A DNA stretch of 63,978 bases, filler included, from Octopus bimaculoides (lineage: Eukaryota): assembly GCF_001194135.2 (NCBI RefSeq). It is 7 parts of 5 records of this genome, joined end to end, with 100 filler letters (N's around TTAATTAATTAA, not from the genome) between each part and the next. Parts side by side here need not be neighbours in the genome. Positions count along the whole stretch, not along the records: positions 1 to 14,189 come from NC_068986.1; 6 more parts are not named here. One strand, 5' to 3'. Shown here piece after piece: positions 1-12,334 of this stretch. The notes below the pieces were generated by a model, which did not search any database, was not told the origin of the DNA, and saw only the letters and a program-made list of their open reading frames with translations. How positions within the stretch are numbered: position 1 is the stretch's first letter; each line of letters starts with the position of its first letter. The position numbers and the translations under genes are program-made.

Positions 1-183
1 GTTGTTTTTGTTGTTGTTGGTTGTTGACTTTCTGGTTGTGGTGTATGTGATGTGTGGGAAGGGGGATCAGTTTTTGTATTGTCTTTTGGTTTTACTGTTT
101 CCTTAGTTTTTGTTGTTGTAGGTGTTTTTCAAGATGCTGTTGTATGTTCATTTGTTGGTGTTGGCGAATGTTTTTCTTTTGTT

Positions 184-1020
184 TTACTCTCTTTGCTTGT
201 TTTCTGTGTTGATGGTGGTGTGGGTAGTAAAGGTTCCTTTTTTCCTTGTACTCTTTCCTTGTTGTGGTTGTTGTTCTTGCTCTTGTTGATTTTTCTTTGT
301 TGTTGGGCAGTCAGTTCGGAGGTGCCCTTCTCTGCCACACAGGTAGCAGCGAGGCCTTCTACCTTCTACCATTACATAGAGATTATGGCCGTCTGGCAGA
401 TCAATATNNNNNNNNNNNNNNNNNNNNNNNNNNNNNNNNNNNNNNNNNNNNNNNNNNNNNNNNNNNNNNNNNNNNNNNNNNNNNNNNNNNNNNNNNNNNN
501 NNNNNNNNNNNNNNNNNNNNNNTCGCTTTCGTGTGTTCTCTATGACGTTTTGCAGAATGTTTAGGTCTAGGCCTAAGCCCTTTTCTGTTAAGAGGGCTTT
601 GGTTTGTTCAATTTGATCTGGTGTGAAATGTAAAAGTGTTTTTCTTTGTTTCAATGCTTCTGCAAAATTCGTGGTGGAGGTGCTGTAAGTAGTGGTGGCA
701 GAGGTGTCCGTTGTAGTAGCTGACGGTGAGGTTGTGGTGGTGGCAGAGGCGTCCGTTGTAGCAGTTGACGGTGAAGCTGTGATGGTGGTGGTGTTCGTGT
801 TTGTCTTTGAGGTCATAGCTTTTGCGACGGTTTTGTTGTTGTTGGTGGTGGTGATGGTGGTGGCGGTATTAGCGTTCGTGCTAACAATGGCACCTGTTTG
901 TGCGCTACTTGTTCCTTTGTTCCCTCCTTCGTGAAGTTGTCGTGAAGGCAGTGTAGGGAAATTAATGGCAAACGAGTGGCCAAACAGACCGGCGTTCGTC
1001 ACATGGCTTGGAGGCGCCAT
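184..1020 (-). CDS. Non-LTR retrotransposon ORF1 (gag-like) protein with CCHC zinc knuckle; L1/Tx1-like, partly in an N gap
   Basis: RRPR-CYLCGREGHLRTDC-P gives C-x2-C-x4-H-x4-C at 307-348. It is preceded by IDLPDGHNLYVMVEG and followed by a K/Q/T-rich tail. First ATG at 1020. 115-nt N gap at 408-522. Confidence 0.65.
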   Translation of the reverse strand: MAPPSHVTNAGLFGHSFAINFPTLPSRQLHEGGNKGTSSAQTGAIVSTNANTATTITTTNNNKTVAKAMTSKTNTNTTTITASPSTATTDASATTTTSPSATTTDTSATTTYSTSTTNFAEALKQRKTLLHFTPDQIEQTKALLTEKGLGLDLNILQNVIENTRKRXXXXXXXXXXXXXXXXXXXXXXXXXXXXXXXXXXXXXXXIDLPDGHNLYVMVEGRRPRCYLCGREGHLRTDCPTTKKNQQEQEQQPQQGKSTRKKGTFTTHTTINTENKQRE

Positions 1021-1035
1021 TCTCAAAATAACATT

Positions 1036-4000
1036 ACGTTCGTTCGTTCGTTCGTACGTACGTACGTTCGTACATACGTACGTTTGTTCGTTTGCTCGTT
1101 CGCTTGATCGTTCTTACGTACGTACGTACGTTCGTTCGTTCGTTCGTACGTACGTGCGTTCGTTCGTTCGTACGTACGTACGTTCGTTCGTTCGTTCGTA
1201 CGTACGTAATTACGTTCGTTCGTACGTACGTTCGTTAGTTCGTTAATACGTTCGTTCGTTCGATCGTTCGTTCGTTCGTTCGTACGTTCGTTCCTTCCAT
1301 CATTTCGTTCGTTCGTTCGTTCGTTCGTACGTGCGTACGTACTTTCCTTCATTCGTACGTACATACGTACGTAGGTTCATTTCCTCGTTCGTTCGTTCGT
1401 ATGTACGGACGTATGTAGATGCTTTCGTTCGTTCATTCGATCGTCCGCACGTGCGTGCTTACGTACGTTCGATTCTTCGTTCGTTCGTTCGTTCGTTCGT
1501 TTGTACGTATGTACGTACGATGGTTTGTTGGTTCCATCATTCATTCTTTCTTTTGTTCCTTCGATCGTTCGTTCGTCAGTTCGTTCGTACGTACGTAAGT
1601 ACGTACTTACGGTCGTTCGTTCGATCATTCATGCGTATTTACGTACGTAAGTTCGTTCGTTCTTTGTTCGTTCTTACGTTCGTACGGACGTTCGTACGTA
1701 CGTTCGTTCGTTAGTTCGTTCGTTCTTTCGTTCGTTAGTGCGTTCGTTCGTTCAATCGTACGTGGGTACGTATGTTCGTTCTTTCATTCGGACGTGCCTA
1801 CGTACGTACTTACGTACGTTTGTTCGTTCGATCGTTAGGTCGTTCGATCGTTAGGTCGTTCGTACGTTCGTACGTACGTTCCTTCGTTCGTCCGTTAGTT
1901 CTTTCGTTCGATCATTCTTTCGTTAGTTCGTTCGTTCGTTCGTTCGTTCGTTCGTACGTATGTTCGTTCGTTTGTTCGTTTGTACGTTCGTATTTAGGTA
2001 CGTATTTACGCACGTACGTACGAACATACGTTCGTTCGTTCGATCATTCGTTCGTTCGTTCAATCGTTCCTTCATTCGTACGTACGTATGTACGTATGTA
2101 CGTTCGTCCGTTAGTTCGTTTGTTCGTTCGTTCGTATGTACGTAAGTACGTACGTATGTACGTTCGTTCCTTCGCTCGTACGCACTTACGTACGTACGTA
2201 CGTTCGAGCGTTCCATCTTTCGTTCGTTCCTTCGTTCATTCGTACGTACGTACGTTCGTTCGTTAGTTCGTTCGTCCGTTCGTTTGTTCGTTCGTTCATA
2301 CATACGTATGTACATTCCTACGTACGTACGTACGTTCGTTCGTTCGTTCGTACATACCTAATTATGTACGTACGTACGTTCTTTCGTTCGGTCATTCGTT
2401 CGTATGTAGGTACGTAAGTTCATTCGCTAGTTCGTTCGTACGTTCGTACGTACGTTCGTTCGTTTGTTTGGTCGTTCATTCGTACGTATGTACGTACGTA
2501 CAGACGTACGTTCGTTCGTTCGTTCGTACGTATGCACGTACTATCGATAGTTCGTACTTACGTACGTACGTTCATTTGCTCATTCGTTCGTTCGTATGTA
2601 CGGACGAATGTAGATGCTTTCGTTCGTTCATTCGTTCGTCTGTACGTATGTACGTACGTACGTACGTTCGTTCGTTCGTTCATTCGTTCGATCATTCGAA
2701 CGTTCGTTCTTTCGTACGTACATACGTACTTACGTATTTTCGATTCTTCGTTCTCTCGTTCGTTCTTTCGATCGTACGTTCATCCGTTCATTCGTTGGTA
2801 AGTACGTACGTACGTTCGTTCGTTCGTTCGCACGTACGAAATTACGTACGTACATACGTTCTTTCGTTCGTTCGTTCGTATGTACGTACGCACGTACATT
2901 CATTCGTTAGTTCGTTCGTACGTCCTTTCGTTCGATTGTTTGTTCGTTCGCTCGTTCTTTCGTAGGTTCGTACGTACGGACGTTCGTTCGTTCGTTCGTT
3001 TTGTCGTTCATTCGTACGTATGTACGTACGTACATACGTACGTTCGTTCCTTCCTTCATTTCGTTTGTTCGTTCGATCGTTTTTTTCGTACGTACGCACG
3101 TACTATCGATCGTCCGTACGTACGTACGTTTATTTGCTCATTCGTTCATTCGTTCGATTGTACGTACGTATGTACGTACGTATGTACATACGTACGTTCG
3201 TTCGCTCGTTCATTCGTTCGATCATTCGATCGTTCGTTCTTTCGTACGTACATACGTACTTACGTATTTTCGATTCTTCGTTCGTTTGTTCGTTGATACG
3301 TACGTATGTACGTACGTCCGTTCATTCGTTCGTTCGTTCTTTCGTTCGAACCTACGTACGCACTAACGTTCGTGCGTTCCTTCATTCGTTCTTTCTTTTG
3401 TTCGTTCGATCGTTCGTTCGTTAGTTCGTTCGTATGTATGTACGTTCGTTCGTTCGTTCGTCGTTCGTTCGATATTATGTACGTTATTTCGTTCGTTCGT
3501 ACGTACGTTCGTTCGTTCATTCGTACGTACGTACGTACGTACGTACGTACCCACGTTTGTTCGTTAATTCGTTTGTTCGATCGATCGTTCGTTCTTTCTT
3601 TCGTTCATACGTTCGTTCGTAAATTCTTTCGTTCTTTGGTTCGTACGTACGTACGTACTTACGTACATACATACGTCCGTTTTTTCGTTCGTTCGTTCCT
3701 ACCTACGATCGTTAAAACGTATTACCTACGTAAGTCCGTTTGTTGTTCGTTCGTTCTTACGCTCGTACGTACTTACGTCCGTTCGTTTGTTCATTCGTTC
3801 TTTCGTTCGTACGGACGTCGGTACGTACGTCCGTTGGTTGGTTAGTGCGTTCGTTCGTTCAATCGCACGTAAAAACATACGTTCTTTCTTTCATTCGTAC
3901 GTACGTTCGTTCGTCCGTTAGTTGTTTCCTTCGATCATTCTTTCGTTAGTTCGTTCGTACGTTCGATTGTTCGATCGTTCGTTCGTTCGTTCGTTTGTAC

Positions 4001-7000
4001 GTATATACATACGTACGTACGTTCGTTCGTTCCTTCGTTCCTTCGTTCGTACGTACGTACGTACGTTCGTCCGTTCATACGTACGTACTTAGTTCCTACA
4101 TTTGTTCTTTCGTTCGTTCGTTCGCTGGTAGTACATACGTATGTACATTCGTTCGTTCGTACGTACGTAATTACGTACGTACGTACATTTTTTCGTTCGT
4201 TCGTTCGAATGTACTTACGTACTACGTACGTTCATTCGTTAGTTCGTTCGTTCATATATACGGACGTATGTAGATGCTTTCGTTCGTTCATCCGTACGTG
4301 CGTATGCACGTACGTACGTTCGTTCGTTCGTTCGTTCATTCTATCATTCGTTCTTTCGTACGGACGTATGTACTTACGTACTTTCGATTCTTCATTCGTT
4401 CTTTCGTTCGAACCTACGTACATACTTACGTTCGTGCGATCCTTCATTCGTTCTTTCTTTTCTTCGTCCGATCCTTCGTTCGTTAGTTTGTTCGTACGTA
4501 CGTACGTTCGTTCGTTCGTCATTTGATCGATATTACGTACGTTCTTTCGTTTGTTCGTTCGTCCGTACGTACGTTTGTTCGTTCGTACGTACGTACCTAC
4601 GTTTGTTCGTTAATTCATTTCTTCGATCGTTCGTTCGTGCTTTCGTTCATTCGTTCGTTCGTAAATTCTTTCGTTCGCTGGTTCGAACTTACGTACTTAG
4701 TCCGTACATACGTGTGTTCGTTCATTCGTTCGTTCGTTCGTTCATTCGTTCGTTCGTTCGTTCCTCCGTACGTACGTACGTACGTAATTTCCTTCATTAG
4801 TTCGTTCGTTCGATCGTTCATACGTACATACGTACATAATTTCGATCGATCATTCGTGCGTATGTTCGTTCTTTCATTCGTTCCTTCGTTCGCTAGTTCG
4901 TACGTACGTATGTGCGTTTGTTCCTTCTTTCGTTCCTTCGTTCGTTCGTTCCTATGTACGTACTTACGATGTACCTTCGTTCGTTCGTTCGTTCGTACGT
5001 ACGTACATACGTTCGTTCGTTCCATCTGTCGTTCATTCTTTTGTTCATTCGTATGTACGTACGTTCGTTCGTTACTTCGTTCGTCCGTTCGTTCGTTCGT
5101 CCATACCTATGTACGTACTAACCTACGTTCGTTCTTTCGTTCGTACGTTCGATCGTTCGTTCGTTCGATCGTTCGTTCGTTCGATCGGTCGTTCGGTCGA
5201 TCGTTCGTTCGTTCGATCGTTCGTTCGTTCGATCGATCGTTCGTTCGTTCCTTCTTTGGAACGTACGTTCCTTCGTTCGTACATACGTAGGTACGTTCTT
5301 TCGTTCGTATGTACGCACGTACGTACGTACTTACGTGCCTTCATTCATTAGTTCGTTCGTACGTTACTTCGATCGATTGTTTGTTCGTTCGTTCGTTCGT
5401 TCGTACGTACGTTAGTACGTACGTATGTTCTTACATACGTACGTTCGTACGTACGTATGGTCGTTCATTCGTACTTACATACATACGTTCGTTCGTACAT
5501 TCGTTCGTTCCTTCATTTCATTCGTTCGTTCGTTCGTAGGTACGTACATAAGATCGTTCGTTCGTACGTACGTACGTACGTACTTCCGTCTATTTCCTCG
5601 TTCGTTCGTATGTACGAACGTATGTAGATGCTTTCGTTCGTTCATTCGTTCGTCCGTACGAACGTATGTACGTACGTTCGATCGTTCGTTCGTTCTTTCG
5701 TTCGAACCTACGTACATACTTACGTTCGTGCATTCCTTCATTCGTTCATTCTTTTGTTCGTTCTATCGATCGTTCGTTCGTTAGTTCGTTCGTAAGTACC
5801 TACGTACGTACGTTAGTTCTTTCGTCGTTCGTTCGATATTACGTATGTTCGTTCGTTCGTTCGTTCATACGTACATCAGTACATACGTTCGTTCGTACAT
5901 ACGTACGTACCTACTTACGTACTCTTGTTCGTTATTTCGTACGTTCGTTCGTTCGTTCGATCGTACGTACGCTCGTTCGTTAGTGTCTTCTTTCTCTCGT
6001 TCGTTAGTGTCTTCTTTCTCTCGTTCGTACGTATGTACGTACGATCCTTCGTTCGTACGTTCGTGCTTTCGTTCGTTCCTTCGATCGCTCGATCGTTCGT
6101 TCGTTCATTCGTACGTACGTACGTTCGTTCATTCGTCCGTTCTTTCGATCGTTCGTACGTACGTATGTACGTTCGTTCGTTTGTACATTCTTACGTACGT
6201 ATGTACATTCGTTCTTTCGTTCATTCATAAATACGCACGTTTCTTCGTTAATTCATTCGTTCGATCGTTCCTTCCTTCCTTCCTTCATTCGTTTGTTCGT
6301 TCGTTAATTCTTTCGTTCGTTCGGTCGTTCATTCGTTCGTTCGTTCGTTCGTTTGTTCTTTCGTTCGTTTGTTCGTACGTACGTACGTCCGTTCATTCGT
6401 TCTTTCGTTCGTTCGTTTCGTTCATTCATTCGTTCGTACGTACGTACGTACGTACGTACGTACGTTCGTTTTTTCTTTCGTTCGATCGTTCGTTCGTTCG
6501 TTCGTTCGTTCGCCCGTTCGCCCGTTCGTTCGTGCGTACGTATGTACTTTTGTTAGTTAATTCGTTCGTTCGTTCGCTCGTCTGTTCGTTCGTACGCACG
6601 TACGTACGTATGTTCGTTCGTTCTTTCATTCGCTCGTATGTACGTAATTACGTACGTAAGTTCATTCGTTCGTTCGTTCGTTTGTACGCTCGTACGTATT
6701 TATGTTTCTTCGATCGTTCGTTCGTTCGTTCGTTCGTTCTTTCGTTCGTACTTTCGTTCATTCGTTCCTTCGTTCGTACTTTCGTTCGTTCGTTCGTTCA
6801 ATCATTCTTACGTACGTACATACGTTCATTAGTTTGTTCGTACGTAGTACGATTGTTCGTTCGTTCTTTCGTTCGTTCACGTACGAACGAACGACCTAAG
6901 TACGTACGTATGTACGTACGATCGAACGAACGAACGAACGAACATGCGTACATACGTACGAACAAACGAATGAACGATAGAACGAACGAACGTTCGTACG

Positions 7001-9325
7001 TACGTACATAAGTACGTACGTACGAACGAACGAACGTACATACGGACGTACGAACGTACGAATGAACGAACGAAAGATCGAACGAACGAACGAACGAATG
7101 ATCGAAAGAACTTACGTGCGTACTTATAAACGATAGATCAAACGAACGAACGAACGAGCTAAGGAACAAACGAATGAACGAACGATCGTAAGTAGGCTCG
7201 TAGCAACGAACAAACGAATTAATGAACGAAGGAACGAACGAACGAACATACGTACGTACGTAAGTACGTAGGTAATACGTAGTACGAAACAACGCACGAA
7301 CGATCGAACGAACGAAAGAAAAACGAACGAATGAATGAACGAAAGAAGGAATGAACGATCGAACAAACGAATTAACGAACAAACGTAGGAACGAACGAAC
7401 GACGAAACGAACGAACGAACGAGCAAAGGAACCAACAAACGTACGAACGTACGTACGTACGTACGAATGAACGAACGAACGATTGAAGGAAAGAACGTAC
7501 GTACGTAAGTACGAACGAACAAACGAACGTACGTACGAAATAACGAACGAACGTACGTACGGATGTACGTTCGTATGTACGTACGTACGAACGAACGAAC
7601 GAATGAACTTTCGTGAGAAAGATCGAACGACGAACGAATGAACGTATGTACGTACGTATGAACGAACTAACGAATGAATGATCGAACGAACAAAAGAAAG
7701 TACGTAAGTACGTACGAACGAACGAGCGAATGAACGTACGTACGTACGAACGAACGATAGTACTTAAGTACGTAAGAACGAACGAACGAACGGACGGACG
7801 AACGAACGAACGAACGAACGAACGAACGATGGAAAGAAGGAACGTAGGAACGTACGTACGTAGTTGTGAAGGAACGAACGAATGAATGAACGTACGTAAG
7901 AAAGAACGAACGAACGAACTAACGAACGTACGTACGTACGAATGCACGAAAGAACGAACGAACGATCGAACGAACGTACATAGTAGCGAACGAACGAACG
8001 AAAGAACGAACGTACGTACGTACGAACGAACGAACCAACGAGCGAAACGAACGAACGAATGTACGTACGTAAGTACGTACGTATAAACAAATGACCGAAT
8101 GAACGAACGTACGTCTGTACGTACGAACGAGCGAACGAACAAACGAACGAAAGCATGTACATACGTATGTATGTACGAACGAACGAACGAACGAACGATC
8201 GTACGTACGTACGAATGAACGACCAAACGAACGAACGAACTAACTAATGAACGTACGTAAGTACGTACGTAAGTATGTACGTAAGTACGTACGTAAGTAT
8301 GTAAGTACGTAAGTACGTAAGTATGTACGTAAGTACGTACGTAAGTACGTACGTAAGTACTACGTAAGTACTACGTAAGTACAACGTAAGTACTACGTAA
8401 GTACTACGTAAGTACGTATGTCAGTACGTAAGTACGTACATAAGTACTTAAGTACGTACGTAAGTACATAAGTACGTATGTAAGTACGTAAGTACGTACA
8501 TAAGTACGTAAGTATGTACGTAAGTATGTACATAAGTATTACGTAAGTACGTAAGTACGTAAGAACGTAAGTACGTAAGAACGTAAGTACGTAAGGACGT
8601 AAGTACGTAAGAACGTAAGTACGTTCGTAAGTACGTAAGTATGTACGTAAGTATGTACGTAAGTAAGTACGTAAGTACGTACGTAAGTACGTACGTAAGT
8701 ACATAAGTCCGTACGTAAGTACGCACGTAAGTACGTAAGTACGTACGTAAGTACGTAAGTACGTACGTAAGCACGTAAGTACGTAAGCAAGTAAGTACGT
8801 ACGTAAGTACGTAAGTACGTACTTAAGTACGTAAGTATGTACGTAAGTATGTACGTAAGTATGTACGTAAGTATGTACGTAAGTACGTAAGTACGTACGT
8901 AAGTACGTAAGTACGTACGTAAGTACGTACGTAAGTACGTACGTACAAGCGAACAAACGTACGAACGTACGTACGAAAGAACGAACGAACGATCGAACGA
9001 TCGAATGAACGACAGAACGAACGAAAGATCGAACGAACGAAAGAACGAACACACAAAAGAAAGAAGGAATGAACGTACGTATGTAAGTAAGTTCGAAAGA
9101 ACGAACGAACGAACTAACGAACTAACGAACGAACGAACGTACGTACATACGTACGGACGATAGACAGAACGAACGACGTACGTACGTTCGAACGTATTAC
9201 GTACGTACGAATGAACGAATTAACCAACGATCGAACGAAAGAACGATCGAATGAAAGAACGAACGTACGTACGTGTGAACGAACTTGTGAACGAACGAAT
9301 GAACGAACGAACGCACGAACGAACG
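1036..9325. repeat. Mosaic tetranucleotide satellite built from GTTC/GTAC/GATC units, about 8.3 kb
   Basis: Continuous CGTT/CGTA/CGAT units with point variants. TTCG polarity to about 6880, CGAA polarity afterwards. All RSFV/RTYV/TNER ORFs are translations of this array. Confidence 0.97.
8251..8945. repeat. Homogenised octamer sub-array (ACGTAAGT)n inside the satellite
   Basis: gtaagtac repeated almost without GAAC units. Confidence 0.9.
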
Positions 9326-9570
9326 CTAGGCACGCTCTTGCACCGGCAAGTTGAGATTTACGTTGTGGAGTTTTTTTGTCGCCATTTTTTCGTACTTACG
9401 TGTTCAGGTTTGTTGTTCCAGCCGCAAGTACGTACTTATGGCAGCAGCGACGCACATACTGCCGCAGTTTCGTATAAACGGGCATCGGCTGGTATTTACG
9501 GCTTGGAATGCGTAGTTGCTACTTTTGGCACGTTTTTGTGTCGCTAGTCACGCTGTTGATAGATGTACGG

Positions 9571-9821
9571 ATAGATAGAACGATAGATATATGGATAGAT
9601 AGAAAGATAGATATATTGATAGATAGAACGATAGATATAAAAATTGATAGAACGATAGATATATGGATAGACATAACGATAGATATATGGATAGATAGAA
9701 TGATAGATATATGGATAGATAGAACGATAGATATATGGATAGATAGAGCTATAGATATATGGATAGATAGAAAGATAGATATATGGATAGATAGAACGAT
9801 AGATATATGAATAAATAGAAC

Positions 9822-9876
<55 letters not shown>
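9571..9876. repeat. 24-bp minisatellite ATAGATAGAACGATAGATATATGG (about 10 units) grading into (GATA)n
   Basis: Directly visible; 8-aa period IDRTIDIW in the ORF track. Confidence 0.9.
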
Positions 9877-11693
9877 TGAAAGAGTGAAAGAAAAAGTAAA
9901 GGAAGTTAAGAAAATAAAAAGAAATAAATTGAATGATGCAGAACGGAAACTAAGTTTTGTTTTCTTTATTTTAGGGAAATTGTCGTCTTGAATTTTGTAA
10001 AGTATCCGGATATTAATTTTACGTAACTCAGAAATCTTTGGAGATTTAGGGAGTTTTGTGATGGAACCGATGTGTAAGGATATATAATGGTGAAACTTTT
10101 AAGGGTTTGGTAGGGCCTGGCAGATGGTGACTGAAACTGGGTGTTGGAATAGTTTTGTGGCTTTGTTAGGTTTAGAATCTGTGAAAGTTGGATTTAAGGG
10201 TTGGGATACGAGTATGTAGTTTTTGACATTTAAGTTTTGTAGGTTTGCGGCTAGAATATGTCAATGTAGTTTCTATGGGTTTCGAGTTTAAGGACTGAAT
10301 GCTGTGATTAAAGTTTAGAATATGGATGTTTATATTCTTTAGATAAAGAATTGTTTGGGGTACAGGATTTGGGGATTTTAATTGATTGGTTAGGAGATGG
10401 GTGATCAGCTTTGTGTCTAAGATTTGGGGACTGGATCTGACTGGATCTGTTTGCCGGATTGTGCTGAGAGGCGATGTGAAATTATTTTGGAGTTGTAGAG
10501 TGATTGTTAAGAGCGAAGCCAATTCAAGTAGGTCTGTGTAATTTAAATTGAGAAATAAAAAATAAAAAAGAACTCCAAACAAGGAGAAGGAAAGAAAAAT
10601 TGCAGGAAAAAAAGAAGACAGAAATAGTAGAAAAAAACAGAAAGGAAGAGACCAATAGATAGTAATTGCTTGTTTGTGTGCTATAAATGTAAGGAGGAGG
10701 AAAAATGATAATGATTATAGGGCTATTATGAAGATTGTATTTCTATGGTTGTCAGGGAAAATAGAAATAAAATAGACAGAGAGATAGGCTGATAGAGAAG
10801 AAGAGTGATATAGAGAAAGCCAATATTGTCTGAGCAGATGCATTGATTGTGAAGCTAGCCACCATTGAAATCTGAGAGTCAACGATAATCACGTAATAAT
10901 AAATGAGAAGGAAGGGGGAAAGGAAAAAGAAGGAAAAGGAGAGAGTGAAAGGGAGACGAAGCGAGACATTTGTATTATTCTATCATTCTGTGTTCATGCG
11001 TGCGATGGACGAGCGGTGTTAAGCTTTCTTTTTTGAAAACTAAAAGTTGCAAATCAGGTGTAGTCTCTAACGAAAGCTGTTTCAGTTTATAAAGCAGAAA
11101 AGCGGATCGATAGTGCTGCGACATATTAACTTAAATATCATCGGTTCATATCCTGTCATTCGTGAAATTAATTGCCTGTTCTGATTATGGCTCCAGCATT
11201 ACTGTATGAATAGGGAATTCACTGTTGCAACTTCGTGGTTTTTGGTTCGATCCTAGTGAGTAGCAGTCTCTACATATTCTAGGATTAATCAATGACGTTT
11301 TAATGAAATTTGATAAAGAAATATCAGTAGAAGTGCTTCGGAGGAACAACTCCTTTAAAAAAACTCTTCCACTATTTCCGCAATAGAGTTAAACAAGCGG
11401 CGGCGGCGGCGGCGGCGGAGGAGGAGGAGGTGATAGTTGTTGTGTAGGTGGTGGTGTCGTTCTCTAGATTCAGTCGTTCTATGAACTGAGTTATTTCTTT
11501 CTGGATTAACGTATAAGTGGCTGAATATTCCACAACGTTTGATATAATCATCAGACAGAATCGGCGTGGCACAAGGGGGACATGTAATTTTTGACTTATT
11601 TGTACAATCCACTAACGGGCTTCTAAACAGTTTCTGTCAATCTAATTACATTCACAAGGTAAAAAATTATCTTTCCTCAAGTAACCATGCTAT

Positions 11694-11752
11694 GTGATCG
11701 AACCCGGAATCCCGTGGTTGCGAACTAAATTTCTTAATCATTCGGCCTTACT
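11694..11752 (-). mobile_element. tRNA-like SINE head fragment
   Basis: Minus strand GGCCGAATGATTAAG...CCGGGTTCGATCAC resembles Pol III A and B boxes. Confidence 0.4.
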
Positions 11753-12164
11753 ACTCATTCCCAACACAATTACATACTTTGTGAATACAAGCACAAAAAA
11801 AATGGACAAGTTATAATTTATCCTGTAATTCTTGTGTTCAATTAATCCTACTCTCGGACGTCAGTATCTTAAAACAAATAGAAAGTTTATCCAACCGGAT
11901 TAAGGATTGTAGATTTATTTTGTTTTCGAATAGCTTTCACAGAATGCATAGCATGCTTACAAAATGTAAATTGATACAACAGATTTCTTCTAACGACCAT
12001 TTTGAGCCGAGCTAAATAACACTTAGCATCTTGGTTTAAGATATATATTGAACCGGGGGCAAATTAGAAGTGTAGCTGGTCACCGGAGCAAATGAGAGAG
12101 TCTTTCTGTAGCTTGCCTGTTTTGCGACAAAATAGTATACAGACACATCTCGAATGTTACCTTT

Positions 12165-12334
12165 TCTTTCTTTTATTTGTTTCAGTCATTTGACTGTGGC
12201 CATGCTGGAGCATCGCCTTTAGTCGAACAAATCGACCCCAAAGATTTATTCTTTGTGAGCCTGGTACTTATTCTATCGGTCTCTTTTGCCACACACCAGC
12301 ATCGGTTGTCAAGCGACGTTGGGGGGCCAAACAC
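12165..12334 (-). mobile_element. SINE family A, 3' half
   Basis: tttcagtcatttgactgtggccatgctggagcatcgcc...ccagcatcggttgtcaagcga matches the tail of the full copies at 32388 and 42747. Confidence 0.85.

Noticed and set aside
965-9330. Dozens of long ORFs (up to 388 aa) rich in RSFV, RTYV, TNER
   Set aside because: They are frame translations of GTTC/GTAC units, which rarely generate stop codons; there is no non-repetitive protein content.
1036-9876. CRISPR-like or telomeric array
   Set aside because: No constant repeat with unique spacers, and the units are not TTAGGG/TTAGG-like.
11372-11572. ORF with poly-Ala/Ser/Thr from (GGC)n(GGA)n
   Set aside because: Short, driven by trinucleotide runs, with no recognisable domain or splice support.
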